Source: Chloroflexota bacterium (lineage in GTDB: Bacteria > Chloroflexota > UBA11872). From it: a DNA stretch of 64,000 nucleotides. Of the stretch, positions 26,491 to 36,938 are shown one piece after another. Made by a program: the position numbers and the translations under genes. The notes beneath the pieces were generated by a model. The model worked only from the letters and a program-made list of their open reading frames with translations. It ran no database searches and was not told where the DNA came from. Within the stretch, counting starts at the first letter, position 1. Every line of letters starts with the position of its first letter. The DNA lies in NCBI GenBank assembly GCA_965198285.1, contig OZ240251.1:3445752-3509751 (forward strand). Direction: 5' to 3'.

Positions 26491-27258
26491 ATGAAACAGC
26501 TGAATGGTCAAGTCGCGTTGGTGACCGGCGCCGGAACCGGTATCGGTCGCGCCAGCGCAATTGCGCTGGCCCGCGAAGGAGCGGCGGTGACGCTGGTTGG
26601 GCGGCGTCAGTCCTTGCTCGATGAGACTGCGGCCACGATTCGAGGTGCGGGCGGCACGGCGCTGGCTCTCCCGGCCGACATCACCGATCCCGAAGCCGCG
26701 CGGGCCGTGGTGGCGAAAACCGAGTCCGAGTTCGGGCGTCTGGACGTCCTGGTTAACAACGCCGGCGGCGGCAGCCGGTCACGCAGCGTGCGAACGATCG
26801 AAGCAGACGATTTCGAGGGCGTGCAGCGGCTGAACGTGACGGCCCCGATGGTGCTCACGCAGGCGGCGCTGCCGGGGATGCTGGACCGTGGGACCGGCAC
26901 CGTCATCACCATTTCGTCGTACGCCGCCGTCACTGCCGGCCCGATGGCCGGCGTGGCCTATGGCGCCGCGAAGGCGGCCGTGGCGAGCGTGATGAAGAGC
27001 GTCAACAACGAACTCCGCAGCCACGGCCTGCGGGCCTGCACGATTTTCCCGGGCGAAGTGGACACCCCGATCCTGGAACGCCGCAAGCTGGTCCCGGACG
27101 CTGCGGCGCGCGCCACGATGATGCAGTCCGAAGACCTGGCCGAAATCGTCCGCCTCTGCGCCTGCCTGCCCGGCCGCACGCTGATTGAAGAGGTCTACGT
27201 GCGACCGACCCACCTGCGCGACCTGAGCGCCGACACCGAGGCGGCGCTAGAGACCTAG
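26491..27258 (+). CDS. short-chain dehydrogenase/reductase (SDR), paralog 2
   Basis: 255 aa. It has TGAGTGIGRA, NNAG, and YGAAKAAV, and is collinear with SDR paralog 1 over its full length. Confidence 0.75.
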   Translation: MKQLNGQVALVTGAGTGIGRASAIALAREGAAVTLVGRRQSLLDETAATIRGAGGTALALPADITDPEAARAVVAKTESEFGRLDVLVNNAGGGSRSRSVRTIEADDFEGVQRLNVTAPMVLTQAALPGMLDRGTGTVITISSYAAVTAGPMAGVAYGAAKAAVASVMKSVNNELRSHGLRACTIFPGEVDTPILERRKLVPDAAARATMMQSEDLAEIVRLCACLPGRTLIEEVYVRPTHLRDLSADTEAALET

Positions 27259-28004
27259 CGCCCGACCTTCCCCAGGAAGTCCTTCGCGCCCTCGGCTATC
27301 CAGGCGTTCAGTCCGGTCGTCACGAAGCCGACGCCCATGTCAACGTAGCGTTCAACGTTGGCGGAGGTGACCAGCGTTCCGGCGTGGCGGCCTGAGGCCA
27401 CGATGGTTGCCAGCGCCTGGTCGATCACTGCCTGCACCTCGGGGTGCGTGGAGTCCATGTGACCGAGGCTTTGCCCCAGGTCGCCGGGCGCGACGTAGAA
27501 GATGTCCACGCCTTCGACTTGAAGGATCTCGTCCAGGTTGTTCACGGCCAGGATGTCCTCGATCAGGATGATCGCCAGGCACTCGTCGTTGGCCCGCTCC
27601 AGGAAGTCCGAGACCCCGTAACCCTGGCGGGAGGTCATCATGCCCCGTTTACCGATCGGAAAGAATTTTGACGCGTCGGCTACCGCCTGGGCCTGGTCGC
27701 GTGTGTCCACGTGCGGCACGCAGACGCCTTGAGCGCCGAGGTCCAGCACGCGGTAGATGGGCCCGTAGCGATTCTCGTTGACGCGCACGATGGAGGTCAT
27801 GCCCCAGAGGTCGGCAGCGCGACTCATGTCGGGGATGTCCCGGTAGTCCAGCGGTCCGTGCTCGCCTTCCAGCCACACGGAGTCGAACCCCAGCGGCCCC
27901 AGCCACTCGATGAGGTCCGCCGTCATCCCGGTGCCCATCACACCCGTAGCCAGTTCACCGGCGGCCAGTTTGTGCTTCACTCGGTTCGGTCGCATTGAAG
28001 GCAT
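27255..28004 (-). CDS. HpcH/HpaI-family aldolase, paralog 2
   Basis: 249 aa. The block GELATGVMGTGMTADLIEWLGPLGFDSVWLEGEHG matches the HpcH/HpaI N-terminus. It is convergent with SDR paralog 2, with a 4-nt overlap. Confidence 0.6.
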   Translation of the reverse strand: MPSMRPNRVKHKLAAGELATGVMGTGMTADLIEWLGPLGFDSVWLEGEHGPLDYRDIPDMSRAADLWGMTSIVRVNENRYGPIYRVLDLGAQGVCVPHVDTRDQAQAVADASKFFPIGKRGMMTSRQGYGVSDFLERANDECLAIILIEDILAVNNLDEILQVEGVDIFYVAPGDLGQSLGHMDSTHPEVQAVIDQALATIVASGRHAGTLVTSANVERYVDMGVGFVTTGLNAWIAEGAKDFLGKVGR

Positions 28005-28144
28005 TTGTCGAGTCCAATGTCAGCGCACGCGCGCAGTGTGACCGACCGCTCCGCAACCTGCCAGCCAGACACGACTCAAACGGCCCCAACGACAGCCGGC
28101 CGAATGGCGTAGGCTCACGCGCTCACGTCCCTTCGGTGACCGCC

Positions 28145-29608
28145 ATGCCCGAGCGCAAGCCGCACATTCTGATGCTGATCAACGATGAGCACCGCCCCGA
28201 CGTCATGCCGGCGGAGGGCAACCCGCATATCCGCACGCCGACGCTGGATTGGTTGATCGACGGGGGCTTCTACTTCCGCAACGCCTACACGCCGTCGCCC
28301 ATCTGCGTGCCGGCGCGGCAGAGTTTCCTGTCCGGCCTCTACCCGCGGAACTGCGGCTGCGTGAATTTCGGCGACGCGATGCCGAGCGAAGTGCTGACGA
28401 TTCCAGGGCACCTTTCGCGCTACGGCTATACCACCTGCGCCGCCGGCAAGATGCACTTCGTGGGGCCGGACCAGATGCACGGCTGGCACCAGCGCATCGG
28501 GCGCGACATCGTGGGCCGTAACGGCTACGAGCCGGCCGACGACTCCGAGCACCAAGCCCTGATCGAGCGCGATCCCGGCACCGGCTCCTGGCCGGACAAG
28601 GTGAAGCAGGAAGTCAGGTACGCGCGCGCCGGACGCGGGCACTGGCTGCAGCACGACCGCTATTCGGTGGACGGCGCGCTGATGTACCTGGATGAGCACT
28701 TCGTCAATGAGCCCTACGACCGCACCAACCCCAGCCCGCTGCTGATGGCGGTAAGCCTGTGGTCGCCGCACTACCCATACCAATGCCCTGACGACCTGTT
28801 CGCCTACTACTTGCGCCGGGTCAAGCCTTACGAGGAGGACGTGCCGGAGCACTTCGAGTGTCCGGACTTCTTCAAGGTGGAGGTGGGCAAAGACGTGACC
28901 TACCGCGAAGCCCACCGCGCCACGGCGGCGTATTACGGGATGATCGAGTGGATGGACGCGCAGTTCGCCCGGGTGATCGACAAGCTGCGCGAATTGGACG
29001 TGCTGGACGACTTTGCCATCGTGTTCCTGTCCGATCACGGCGAGATGCTGGGGCAGAAGGGCCTGTGGGAGAAGCAGCAGTACTTCGAGGGTTCGGCGCG
29101 CGTGCCGTTCGCCGTCCGCTGGCCGCAGCGGCACCCGCGGGGCGGCGCCACGATCCAGCGCAACGTCTCGCTGGTGGACCTCTTCCCCACACTCTGCGAC
29201 ATCGCCAACGTGCCGATTCCGGAAGGACTGGATGGACGCTCGGTTGCGCCGCTGCTGGAGGGCCGGGACGCGAACTGGCCGGATGACGTCTATAGCGAGC
29301 TCTGGGCCGTGCACAACGGGCCCTCCGTGATGGTGAAGCACGGCGACATGAAGCTCTTCCGCTTCGACGGCCACGAAGGCACCCCCGGACTGGGTCCGGA
29401 TTGCCCGGAGCAGCTATTTGACCTGGCGCGCGATCCCGACGAGACGGTGAATCTGATCGATCATCCGGACTACGCGGACCGCCTGGCCGATTTGCGCGCC
29501 CGCTTGGATGCGCTGCCGGACCCGCGGCTGAAAGACAGCGAGAACCGGTTCGTGGGCACGGAACGGACACCCTTCGTCGCGCCCCTAAGGAGACGCCCCA
29601 CGGGGTAA
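28145..29608 (+). CDS. sulfatase (arylsulfatase/choline-sulfatase family)
   Basis: ORF 27995..29608 with the true start at MPERKPHILM (28145). The sulfatase signature CVPARQSFLSG (C-x-P-x-R, the formylglycine site) is present, along with a GKMH metal-binding block. Confidence 0.75.
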   Translation: MPERKPHILMLINDEHRPDVMPAEGNPHIRTPTLDWLIDGGFYFRNAYTPSPICVPARQSFLSGLYPRNCGCVNFGDAMPSEVLTIPGHLSRYGYTTCAAGKMHFVGPDQMHGWHQRIGRDIVGRNGYEPADDSEHQALIERDPGTGSWPDKVKQEVRYARAGRGHWLQHDRYSVDGALMYLDEHFVNEPYDRTNPSPLLMAVSLWSPHYPYQCPDDLFAYYLRRVKPYEEDVPEHFECPDFFKVEVGKDVTYREAHRATAAYYGMIEWMDAQFARVIDKLRELDVLDDFAIVFLSDHGEMLGQKGLWEKQQYFEGSARVPFAVRWPQRHPRGGATIQRNVSLVDLFPTLCDIANVPIPEGLDGRSVAPLLEGRDANWPDDVYSELWAVHNGPSVMVKHGDMKLFRFDGHEGTPGLGPDCPEQLFDLARDPDETVNLIDHPDYADRLADLRARLDALPDPRLKDSENRFVGTERTPFVAPLRRRPTG

Positions 29609-29695
29609 TCGACCAATCTCGGACATCGGCATCCCAGCGGTCTGAGCGCCTGTTGCGCGCGGAGCGGCGGCTGCCTACCGTGACCGGGTGCGGGC

Positions 29696-30742
29696 GTGCG
29701 ACGCGTCAGGTGGAGGCAAGCCGTGGGTAGCGAAACCAATCTGCAAGTGGTGCTGGCGCGGCGGCCGGTCGGAGTTCCGGTGGTCGAGGACTTTTCGCTG
29801 GTGGAGTCGCCTGTCCCGGAACCTGGAGTTGGCGAGGCGGTGGTTCGCACAGAGTTCGTCTCGGTGGACCCGTACATGCGCGGTCGCCTCTGGGAGCAGC
29901 CGCAGCGTGGGGACGCCGTCGCGATTGGCCAGGTGATGATCGGCGAAGGCGTGGGCGGGGTCGTCGCGTCGGGCGATTCGAGCCTACCCGTGGGCGAAAC
30001 CGTGCGCGGATACTTTGGGTGGCAACAGTACGCGGCCGCCTCAACGGACGAACTGGAACGCATCGACCGCCAGGCCGCGCCCCTATCCACCGCCCTGGGC
30101 GTGCTGGGCATGCCGGGCTTAACCGCTTACTACGGCTTGTTGGAGGTCGGTCAGCCTCGAGCGGGCGAGACCGTGGTGGTTACCGGGGCAGCCGGCGCCG
30201 TGGGCAGTGCCGTCGGTCAGATCGCCAAGATTCAGGGCTGCCGCGTGGTCGGTATCTGCGGCACCGACGCCAAGTGCGCGCACATTGTCAACGACCTCGG
30301 CTTCGACGCCGCCGTCAATTACCGCACGAAGTCGCTGGACGACGACCTAGCCAAGGCCTGCCCTGACGGGATCGACGTGATCTTCGAGAACGTGGGCGGC
30401 GAGATCCTTGAAGCCATGTTGCGGCAGATCAACCTGCACGCCCGCATCGCCCTCTGCGGCGCAATCGCCCAGTACCACACCGCCGACCCGCCGCTGGTTC
30501 CGCCGCATTCGCGAACTCTGCACCGCCGTCGGGCGCGCATGCAGGGCTTCCTTGTGAACGACTTCGCCGACCAGGACGACGAGGCCATGGCCGCCTTAAC
30601 CGAATGGGTGACGAGCGGCCAGATCGTCTACCGCGAAAGCATCGTGGACGGGCTGGAAAACGCCGCCGCGGCGTTCGTGGGTCTCTTCAGCGGCGCCAAC
30701 ACCGGCAAGCAGCTGGTTCGGGTACGGGCTGAGTCGAAGTAG
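29696..30742 (+). CDS. NADP-dependent oxidoreductase, MDR superfamily (YncB/PTGR-like)
   Basis: 348 aa with GTG starts at 29696 and 29723. The cofactor motif VTGAAGAVGSAVGQIAKIQG is present, and there are no zinc ligands. Confidence 0.7.
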   Translation: MRRVRWRQAVGSETNLQVVLARRPVGVPVVEDFSLVESPVPEPGVGEAVVRTEFVSVDPYMRGRLWEQPQRGDAVAIGQVMIGEGVGGVVASGDSSLPVGETVRGYFGWQQYAAASTDELERIDRQAAPLSTALGVLGMPGLTAYYGLLEVGQPRAGETVVVTGAAGAVGSAVGQIAKIQGCRVVGICGTDAKCAHIVNDLGFDAAVNYRTKSLDDDLAKACPDGIDVIFENVGGEILEAMLRQINLHARIALCGAIAQYHTADPPLVPPHSRTLHRRRARMQGFLVNDFADQDDEAMAALTEWVTSGQIVYRESIVDGLENAAAAFVGLFSGANTGKQLVRVRAESK

Positions 30743-30754
30743 TCGGAGCCGGAG

Positions 30755-31030
30755 TTAGCGGCGGTACACCTCGCGCCGGTGGCTCACTCGCACCACTGTG
30801 ACCGTCACGATCTGTTGGGCGATGGTGTACAGCACGCGTAAGTCACCGACGCGCATGCGCCAGATGTCGTGTCCGCCTTTGAGCTTCTCAACGCCCGGCG
30901 GTCTCGGGTTACGTGCCAGCGCCTCAATGCGTTCGCCGACGCGCCGTTGTTCCCGGCGTGGCAGCTTTCGCAGATCCCGTGCGCCCTGCGAGGTGAACTC
31001 GATTCGGTACTCACCCACGGAAATGTACAT
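30755..31030 (-). CDS. RelE/ParE-family type II toxin
   Basis: 91 aa: MYISVGEYRIEFTSQGARDLRKL...GGHDIWRMRVGDLRVLYTIAQQIVTVTVVRVSHRREVY. This is the canonical RelE/ParE layout. Confidence 0.7.
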   Translation of the reverse strand: MYISVGEYRIEFTSQGARDLRKLPRREQRRVGERIEALARNPRPPGVEKLKGGHDIWRMRVGDLRVLYTIAQQIVTVTVVRVSHRREVYRR

Positions 31031-31185
31031 ATTCTACTAGACGCACCTTGGACACTTAAGCCACAATGTCCCTGGTCTGGACGATTCCGTGCCTTCGAAA
31101 GGGGCGCAGCAACGTCCGTCGGCTATCGCGGTGAGGATATGCCACGGTTGTTCAGGAAAACACTCGTGGCGTGGAGGAGGTTCGG

Positions 31186-31440
31186 ATGGCTACCGACAGC
31201 GGCATGACGATCACGGAAGCGCGCGACTTGCTGGGGCAGTTGGTGGGCCGCGTCCAGTACGGGCACGAGCGCATTGTGCTCACGCGTCATGGGCGGCCGG
31301 CGGCCGCGCTGGTGCCGATGGATGATCACGAGGCCCTGGAACGGCTCGAGGACGAGATCGACTTGGCCGACGCGCTGGCCGCGCTGCGCGAGCCGGGGCG
31401 TGTCTCGTGGGCGGATCTGAAGGCCGAGCTCAAGCTCTAG
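31186..31440 (+). CDS. Phd/YefM-family antitoxin
   Basis: ORF 31171..31440: MTITEARDLLGQLVGRVQYGHERIVLTRHGRPAAALVPMDDHEALERLEDEIDLADAL. This is the classic Phd/YefM fold. It is transcribed divergently from the RelE gene, with a 155-bp gap. Confidence 0.65.
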   Translation: MATDSGMTITEARDLLGQLVGRVQYGHERIVLTRHGRPAAALVPMDDHEALERLEDEIDLADALAALREPGRVSWADLKAELKL

Positions 31441-31483
31441 GCACGAACGAACCGCAGCGGTTTTGCCGTAGGAGCCCCGCGCC

Positions 31484-33046
31484 ATGAAGCAGCGTCACGT
31501 CAACACGACGGACATCGGCAGCGCCATCCGGGCGGGCTGCCGGACGATGGCCAGCGTGTTCAACGCGGACGACAACGACATTCCCTTTTTTGGTTCGCAG
31601 GTCTGGCCGGACCCGCACCTGGCATTCACTTCGGTGCATTCGGAATCGCACGTCCCCGGCCGTCACCTCAACGCGTTACTGACCGCGGAGTCCCTGGGGT
31701 TCCCGATCGATCAGGAGGCTGTCGAGAAGCACGCTCGGGCCGCATTCTTCTCGTACGGCGGTCCGCTGCCTCTGCCGCTGAACCGCGAGCGGATTGACGG
31801 ACCGCTGGAGAATTTTCGCCCGCATAACGTGCGCGAAGGATTCCACGCGCTCTACGCGCTGGCGCGCTTTCGCGACTCCTCACAAGCGCGAGAGGTAGCC
31901 GAAGCCAGCATTGCGACGATTCGCCGGCTCTGGGATCCCGGCCGGGGCTGGACCGAGGATCGGATCGCCGCCGAGCACGGGATCAACTTCCACCACCAGG
32001 GCACGTTCATCACGGGGCTGGGTCGGGCCATCGGTCCTCTGGTCAAGTACTACCGCGCAACGGGGTACGGACCAGCCCTGGAGCTGGCCATCCTGATGAA
32101 GGAAAAGGCCGTCACGGATTACTTCCTGACCGACGGCAGCTACGACACGGATCGGTTTGGCGATCACACGCACTCCACCACCTGCGTCATGTCGTCGCTG
32201 GCCCAGCTGGCCGACCTGCTCAATGATGGGCCGCTGATGGAGCGCGTCAGGTCGTTTTACACAAGCGGCCTGTGGGAAATCCGCGACCAGTTGGGCTGGG
32301 TGATCGAAAGCAGCGCGCCGGACGCCCCGCCGGAACGCGGCGAAGCCAACAACACCGGCGACATCCTGGAGACCGCCCTCATCCTGGGCCGCTGGGGCTA
32401 CGCCGAGGCCTACGACGATGCCGAGCGCATCCTGCGCGGCCATCTGTTGCCCAGCCAGCTGCGGGACGTGTCCTGGATCGCCGAGCCGCCCAACCCAGCT
32501 GGTGACGACGGACGCCACGACGTGGCCCGGCGGCATTGGGGCGCCTACGGGTTCCCGGCGCCCTACGGTCACCGACCGGTTGGGTTGCCGCGGGTGGCGT
32601 TCAACATGGATATCGTCGGCGGTGCCGTGGCCTCGCTGTGCGAGGCGTACCGCGATGCGACCCGCCATGACGCGACGGGGCATTGGGTCAACCTGCTGTT
32701 CGACCAGCAGACCGACGCGATCAAGGTCGAGTCGCCCTACACCGGCGATGGCCTCGGCGTCACCCTGAAACGACCGGGGCCGCTGTTCGTACGCATTCCG
32801 GCCTGGGCAGATGCGGCCGGCGTGGCCGTGCGCGGCTTTCCCGCACCGCCGCGGCGGACGGAACGCTATCTGCTGCTGGCAAGGCCGCCGGTGGGTCGGC
32901 GCCTCAGCTTCACGCTCGATCCGCCGGCGAACGAATTGCTGCTGCGCCATCGGACGCACGACATCCGGGTACGCCTGCGCGGGGACGAAGTGACGGCGAT
33001 GGACAACTTCGGCCAGAAGCTGACCTTTTTCGACCCAATCCTCTGA
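31484..33046 (+). CDS. hypothetical protein, possibly (alpha/alpha)6-barrel glycoside-hydrolase-like
   Basis: 520 aa with well-behaved codon usage and no recognisable catalytic motif. The family assignment is a guess. Confidence 0.35.
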   Translation: MKQRHVNTTDIGSAIRAGCRTMASVFNADDNDIPFFGSQVWPDPHLAFTSVHSESHVPGRHLNALLTAESLGFPIDQEAVEKHARAAFFSYGGPLPLPLNRERIDGPLENFRPHNVREGFHALYALARFRDSSQAREVAEASIATIRRLWDPGRGWTEDRIAAEHGINFHHQGTFITGLGRAIGPLVKYYRATGYGPALELAILMKEKAVTDYFLTDGSYDTDRFGDHTHSTTCVMSSLAQLADLLNDGPLMERVRSFYTSGLWEIRDQLGWVIESSAPDAPPERGEANNTGDILETALILGRWGYAEAYDDAERILRGHLLPSQLRDVSWIAEPPNPAGDDGRHDVARRHWGAYGFPAPYGHRPVGLPRVAFNMDIVGGAVASLCEAYRDATRHDATGHWVNLLFDQQTDAIKVESPYTGDGLGVTLKRPGPLFVRIPAWADAAGVAVRGFPAPPRRTERYLLLARPPVGRRLSFTLDPPANELLLRHRTHDIRVRLRGDEVTAMDNFGQKLTFFDPIL

Positions 33047-33070
33047 CGGACGGCGCGCGCCGACGGGAGG

Positions 33071-33775
33071 CTAGGGCATCGGCGTCAGCGGGACCCCAAG
33101 CCATTCGGACGCGCCAGCGAAAAGCGCCTCGGCTCGCGGGTCGTCCCCATCCATCTGCCTGATCAACCGTCGCCAGTCGGGCATGTCGGCGCCCTGGGCC
33201 GGGCAGAAGCGCGGAATGTCCAACACGCGCATCTTGTACCAATTGAGTTCAAGCGACCAACTCATGGCTTCAACCGCCGGCGCCTGCAGGTCGAAGCCGC
33301 CTGAGTCCCCCCACGGTGCATAGGGCCCGCGGTCGGTCACGGGCGCCAATAGCGACAGTCCGGCTGTCGTTGGGTTAGCTGTCGTCGAGCCAGATTCGAT
33401 GGGGCGAATCTCAACCCAGCTGCCCAAAGGTAGCCACTGGTGCGCCACGCCGAAGGACCGCTGCGGGTCGAGCACGGCCCATGCGTGGTTGGCCTCCGGG
33501 TCGCAGCGCCAGCCCCAGGCCGTACGAAACCCGTAGTAGCCCACACAACGACCGTTGACTACGTGCCCGCAATCCCAGTCCGAGGGCGGGCCGTAGCCCG
33601 ACGCCCTCACTGTCTGCCACCTGCCAACCCCGTCGCCATCCAGGCGCGACCCATCCGATGTTGGAACGACCAAGTCCGGTGGTCCAGCCGCCGCAACGAC
33701 ATGGGAAAAGCAGACAAGGCTGAGGGCGGCGGTCACAAGGCCGAGCAGACCCCGCCGCTGAAAGTTGAGAGTCAA
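33071..33775 (-). CDS. secreted RlpA-like double-psi beta-barrel domain protein
   Basis: 234 aa with an N-terminal signal peptide (LLGLVTAALSLVCFSHVVAAA). The C-terminal block VTDRGPY...FDLQAPA resembles the RlpA/expansin DPBB motif. Confidence 0.45.
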   Translation of the reverse strand: MTLNFQRRGLLGLVTAALSLVCFSHVVAAAGPPDLVVPTSDGSRLDGDGVGRWQTVRASGYGPPSDWDCGHVVNGRCVGYYGFRTAWGWRCDPEANHAWAVLDPQRSFGVAHQWLPLGSWVEIRPIESGSTTANPTTAGLSLLAPVTDRGPYAPWGDSGGFDLQAPAVEAMSWSLELNWYKMRVLDIPRFCPAQGADMPDWRRLIRQMDGDDPRAEALFAGASEWLGVPLTPMP

Positions 33776-34049
33776 GGGCGCGGCGCGCTAGCTGCCGCTT
33801 TCTCCGTTCGAACAGCCCGAGTCACGGCTCGGCAGAGCTACTGCCGCCGCGTCCTCCCAGACCCCCGGGCGCTTGGCCCCGAAGTCTGCCCCACGAGTAC
33901 CGGCTTGCCAACGATTTTTTTGGTAAGGCGGAAGTTACTCAAAGCACGTCAAACGGGCCTGTCCAGCACCTGCCACCGGCTGGATACGGGTACGGATGGC
34001 CATGTGCGTGGCTAAGCCTGGCCACGAGACAGATCTCCTCACGTTCGCG

Positions 34050-35123
34050 TCACATGTCCTGGATCGGCAGCACGACACGGTCGCCTCCGCGTGCCTGGGA
34101 CTGCAAGGCGGCCAGCATGATCTCCAGCGACCTGCGAGCCTCTCGACCGCCGGAGGATGGAGCGCCGCCATTGCGAATGAGACTCGCGAGTTCCGAAACG
34201 CAACCAGCAAACCATCCGTGCGTGTGTTGAACCCGATCCAGCGGCTCCGTGAGCAGGCGCTGGTTGCCGATGTCGATCGTGATCGAGATTTCGTCGCCGG
34301 GAAACGTCCGGCCTCGGATACATCCCTTCTCACCGTAGATTTCGATGTCAAACACCTGCGGCATCGTTTTGCACATGTTCCAGAAGGCACGCGCGCCGTT
34401 CTCGAATTCGATCAGCACGCTCAGCGCAGGATCGGTGCTGGGATCATGTCCGCCGTCGCCTGCATACCGTGGTCCATACAGCTCAAGGCCCGGCTCGGGA
34501 ACGGCATAAACCGCAGAGGGCCGCGCGGCGGCAAACCACACAATGCTGTCGCATATATGCGTGCCGGTCCGAAACAGCATTGCCCGAGGCCCGCCCTGAC
34601 TGGCCACGATGCGCTGTACCTCGCCGATCGTCCCTTCACCGATCAGCTGCGCAACCTGCAACCACGGTGACATCCATCGACGTGTGTGGTTGACGAGCAG
34701 CGGGATACCCGCGGCTTCGGTCGCGGCAATCATGCGGTCGGCGTCGGCCAGCGTGGTCGCGATCGGCTTTTCGCAGAGGATGCCTCGAACACCCGACTCG
34801 GCGGCATCAACCACGACTTGGGCATGCGCGTCGTCGCTGGTTACGACACTGACGATGTCCAGATTCTCCGCGGCCAGCATTTCGCGATGGTCGCGGTATA
34901 CGCGGAGATCCGGCAAAACGTCAGACCACTGCTTCTTGAACTCCGCGCTTCGTTCGGGCCGGAGGTCGCAGCCCGCGACGAGTTCCGTGTCCCGGACCCA
35001 GTAGTAAGCAGCGGCGTGAGACACCGGCAGGCGGACGCCCATCCCAGGCTCGATGGCCACTCCGGGCAAGCGCGCAGCAATCCCCGACAGGCCAACAATC
35101 CCCGCGCGCAACGTATCTGCCAT
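34050..35123 (-). CDS. Gfo/Idh/MocA family oxidoreductase
   Basis: 357 aa. The N-terminal Rossmann segment AGIVGLSGIA and the EKP motif (ILCEKPIAT) are present. Confidence 0.7.
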   Translation of the reverse strand: MADTLRAGIVGLSGIAARLPGVAIEPGMGVRLPVSHAAAYYWVRDTELVAGCDLRPERSAEFKKQWSDVLPDLRVYRDHREMLAAENLDIVSVVTSDDAHAQVVVDAAESGVRGILCEKPIATTLADADRMIAATEAAGIPLLVNHTRRWMSPWLQVAQLIGEGTIGEVQRIVASQGGPRAMLFRTGTHICDSIVWFAAARPSAVYAVPEPGLELYGPRYAGDGGHDPSTDPALSVLIEFENGARAFWNMCKTMPQVFDIEIYGEKGCIRGRTFPGDEISITIDIGNQRLLTEPLDRVQHTHGWFAGCVSELASLIRNGGAPSSGGREARRSLEIMLAALQSQARGGDRVVLPIQDM

Positions 35124-35268
35124 TCAGCCCCTTCGACAGCCGCCGCTACCGCCAGACGTCCGCATCGACCTCAGTTTGCCCAAGCTACCCGGACTGCGGC
35201 GAACCGGTCAGCTGTCTGAAGGTCAACCGGATGGCGCTACCACCAGGTGTGGACGGACGACGTGGCGC

Positions 35269-36135
35269 CTATTCGTGTCCCCGTTCCGTCGATGTCTCCG
35301 CCGGGGAGCTAGGCGTGTTCGCTCGACGGCTCCAGCGGCGGAAGCCGATCCAGAGATGGACCAGGATCAGCAGGAGAAGTGCCGCCAGCACGATCGCGCC
35401 CCCAGCAGACACATCCGCATAAAACGCAACCGTGAGTCCCGCCAGGGCGCTGAGTATGCCGGCCACGACAGCTGCGGCCATTGCCGCCCGCAAGCCGCGC
35501 GCGGCGCGCAGTCCAACCAGAACCGGAATGACCAGCATGGCGCCAATTAGAAGCACGCCCACGACCCGCATGGACATCGTGATGGTCGCGCCGGTCAGCA
35601 CCGCCAACGCCAGATTGAGTCGGTCAGTGCGGACGCCGCTGACCTTCGCGAGGTCGTCATCGAAGGCAATCTGCGCCAGATCGATGAAAAACACGCTGAC
35701 GAAAAGCACCACAACGACCGTGAGCCCTGCCAGCAGCCACAGATCAACTGGAGCAACGCTTAGGATGGAGCCAAACAGAAACGAGAAAAGGTCGACAGTG
35801 AATCCGCCGGCGAAGCCAATAACGACGATGGCGAATGCCAGAGCCCCATACAAGACCACGGCCATGGCTACGTCACCCGGCAGCCGGCCGCGCGCCCGAA
35901 GTTGCTCCACCAGAATCGCTCCGATGGTTGCGGCCAGCAGCGCAAACAGCGACGGCAGAAACTTGGTCGCCATTCCGATTGCAACCCCCATGAGGGCCAC
36001 GTGCGCCAGCGTCTCGGCAATGAGCGAATAACGCCGGAGCACGATAAACGTACCCAGCACGGGCGCCAGAATTCCCACCAACGCACCGCCGGCCAGGGCA
36101 CGCAACATGAACTCGTACTGCAGGATGGCCGGCAT
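35269..36135 (-). CDS. znuB: metal (zinc/manganese) ABC transporter permease
   Basis: 288 aa with 8-9 TM helices, in the ZnuB/MntB/TroC family. It is the last gene of the zur-znuACB operon. Confidence 0.7.
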   Translation of the reverse strand: MPAILQYEFMLRALAGGALVGILAPVLGTFIVLRRYSLIAETLAHVALMGVAIGMATKFLPSLFALLAATIGAILVEQLRARGRLPGDVAMAVVLYGALAFAIVVIGFAGGFTVDLFSFLFGSILSVAPVDLWLLAGLTVVVVLFVSVFFIDLAQIAFDDDLAKVSGVRTDRLNLALAVLTGATITMSMRVVGVLLIGAMLVIPVLVGLRAARGLRAAMAAAVVAGILSALAGLTVAFYADVSAGGAIVLAALLLLILVHLWIGFRRWSRRANTPSSPAETSTERGHE

Positions 36136-36137
36136 GC

Positions 36138-36938
36138 CTAGCGGTGCTGGTGCAGCACACCCTCAAATTCGTGGCCAGCGTCGTGGACCAGCACATCCAC
36201 CGGCACGCCGTACAGGGTGGACATCTCGTCGAGGGTGAGTTCGTGGGGCTGGCCGTGGAGAACCAGCCGGCGATCCAAGCACGCCAGCGTGGTGGCCTCG
36301 CGCAGCATCGCGCCGATGTCGTGCGACACGATCACAGTGGCCATGCCGCGGTCGCGGTTGATGTTGTGGAGCAACGCGTACAGTTGCTCCTCGCCGGAGA
36401 CGTCTATGCCGGCCGCCGGTTCGTCCAGAATCAGCAAATCCGGATTCCGCACCAGCGCGCGCGCCAGCAGGACCCGCTGCTGCTGACCGACGGATAGCTC
36501 AGAGAGACGCCTGGAGCGAAAGGCCGACATGCCAGCGACCTCCAGAGCGTCCAACACTTCGCTTCGTTCGGAACGGCGAAACAGGCCGAACGGCGAAACG
36601 CCGCGATAGGTGCCGTGCGCCACGACCTCTGCCACGGTGGCGGGAAAGTCCCGCCAAGCGCCGGCAACAACCTGCGGCGTGTAGCCCACACGCCCCCAAT
36701 CGTTGAAGCGATTCACGTCGCGTCCGAACAACCGCACACGCCCCGAATCCGGCTGCAGCAGTCCCAGGGCCAGCTTGATCAACGTGCTCTTGCCGCCGCC
36801 GTTGGGCCCCAGAATGGCCGCCAGTTCGCCGTAGTGAATACAGAGCGAGACATCCTCAACCGCCGGTACTGAGCCATACGCAAAGCTCACGTGCTCCCAC
36901 TCGACTACGCTCGGTGACGTGGGTTCGGTCATGCGCAC
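36138..36938 (-). CDS. znuC: metal ABC transporter ATP-binding protein
   Basis: The Walker A motif GPNGGGKST, the ABC signature LSVGQQQRVLLARAL, and the Walker B motif LLILDEP are present. The start is a GTG at 36938 or the ATG at 36932. Confidence 0.7.
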   Translation of the reverse strand: MRMTEPTSPSVVEWEHVSFAYGSVPAVEDVSLCIHYGELAAILGPNGGGKSTLIKLALGLLQPDSGRVRLFGRDVNRFNDWGRVGYTPQVVAGAWRDFPATVAEVVAHGTYRGVSPFGLFRRSERSEVLDALEVAGMSAFRSRRLSELSVGQQQRVLLARALVRNPDLLILDEPAAGIDVSGEEQLYALLHNINRDRGMATVIVSHDIGAMLREATTLACLDRRLVLHGQPHELTLDEMSTLYGVPVDVLVHDAGHEFEGVLHQHR

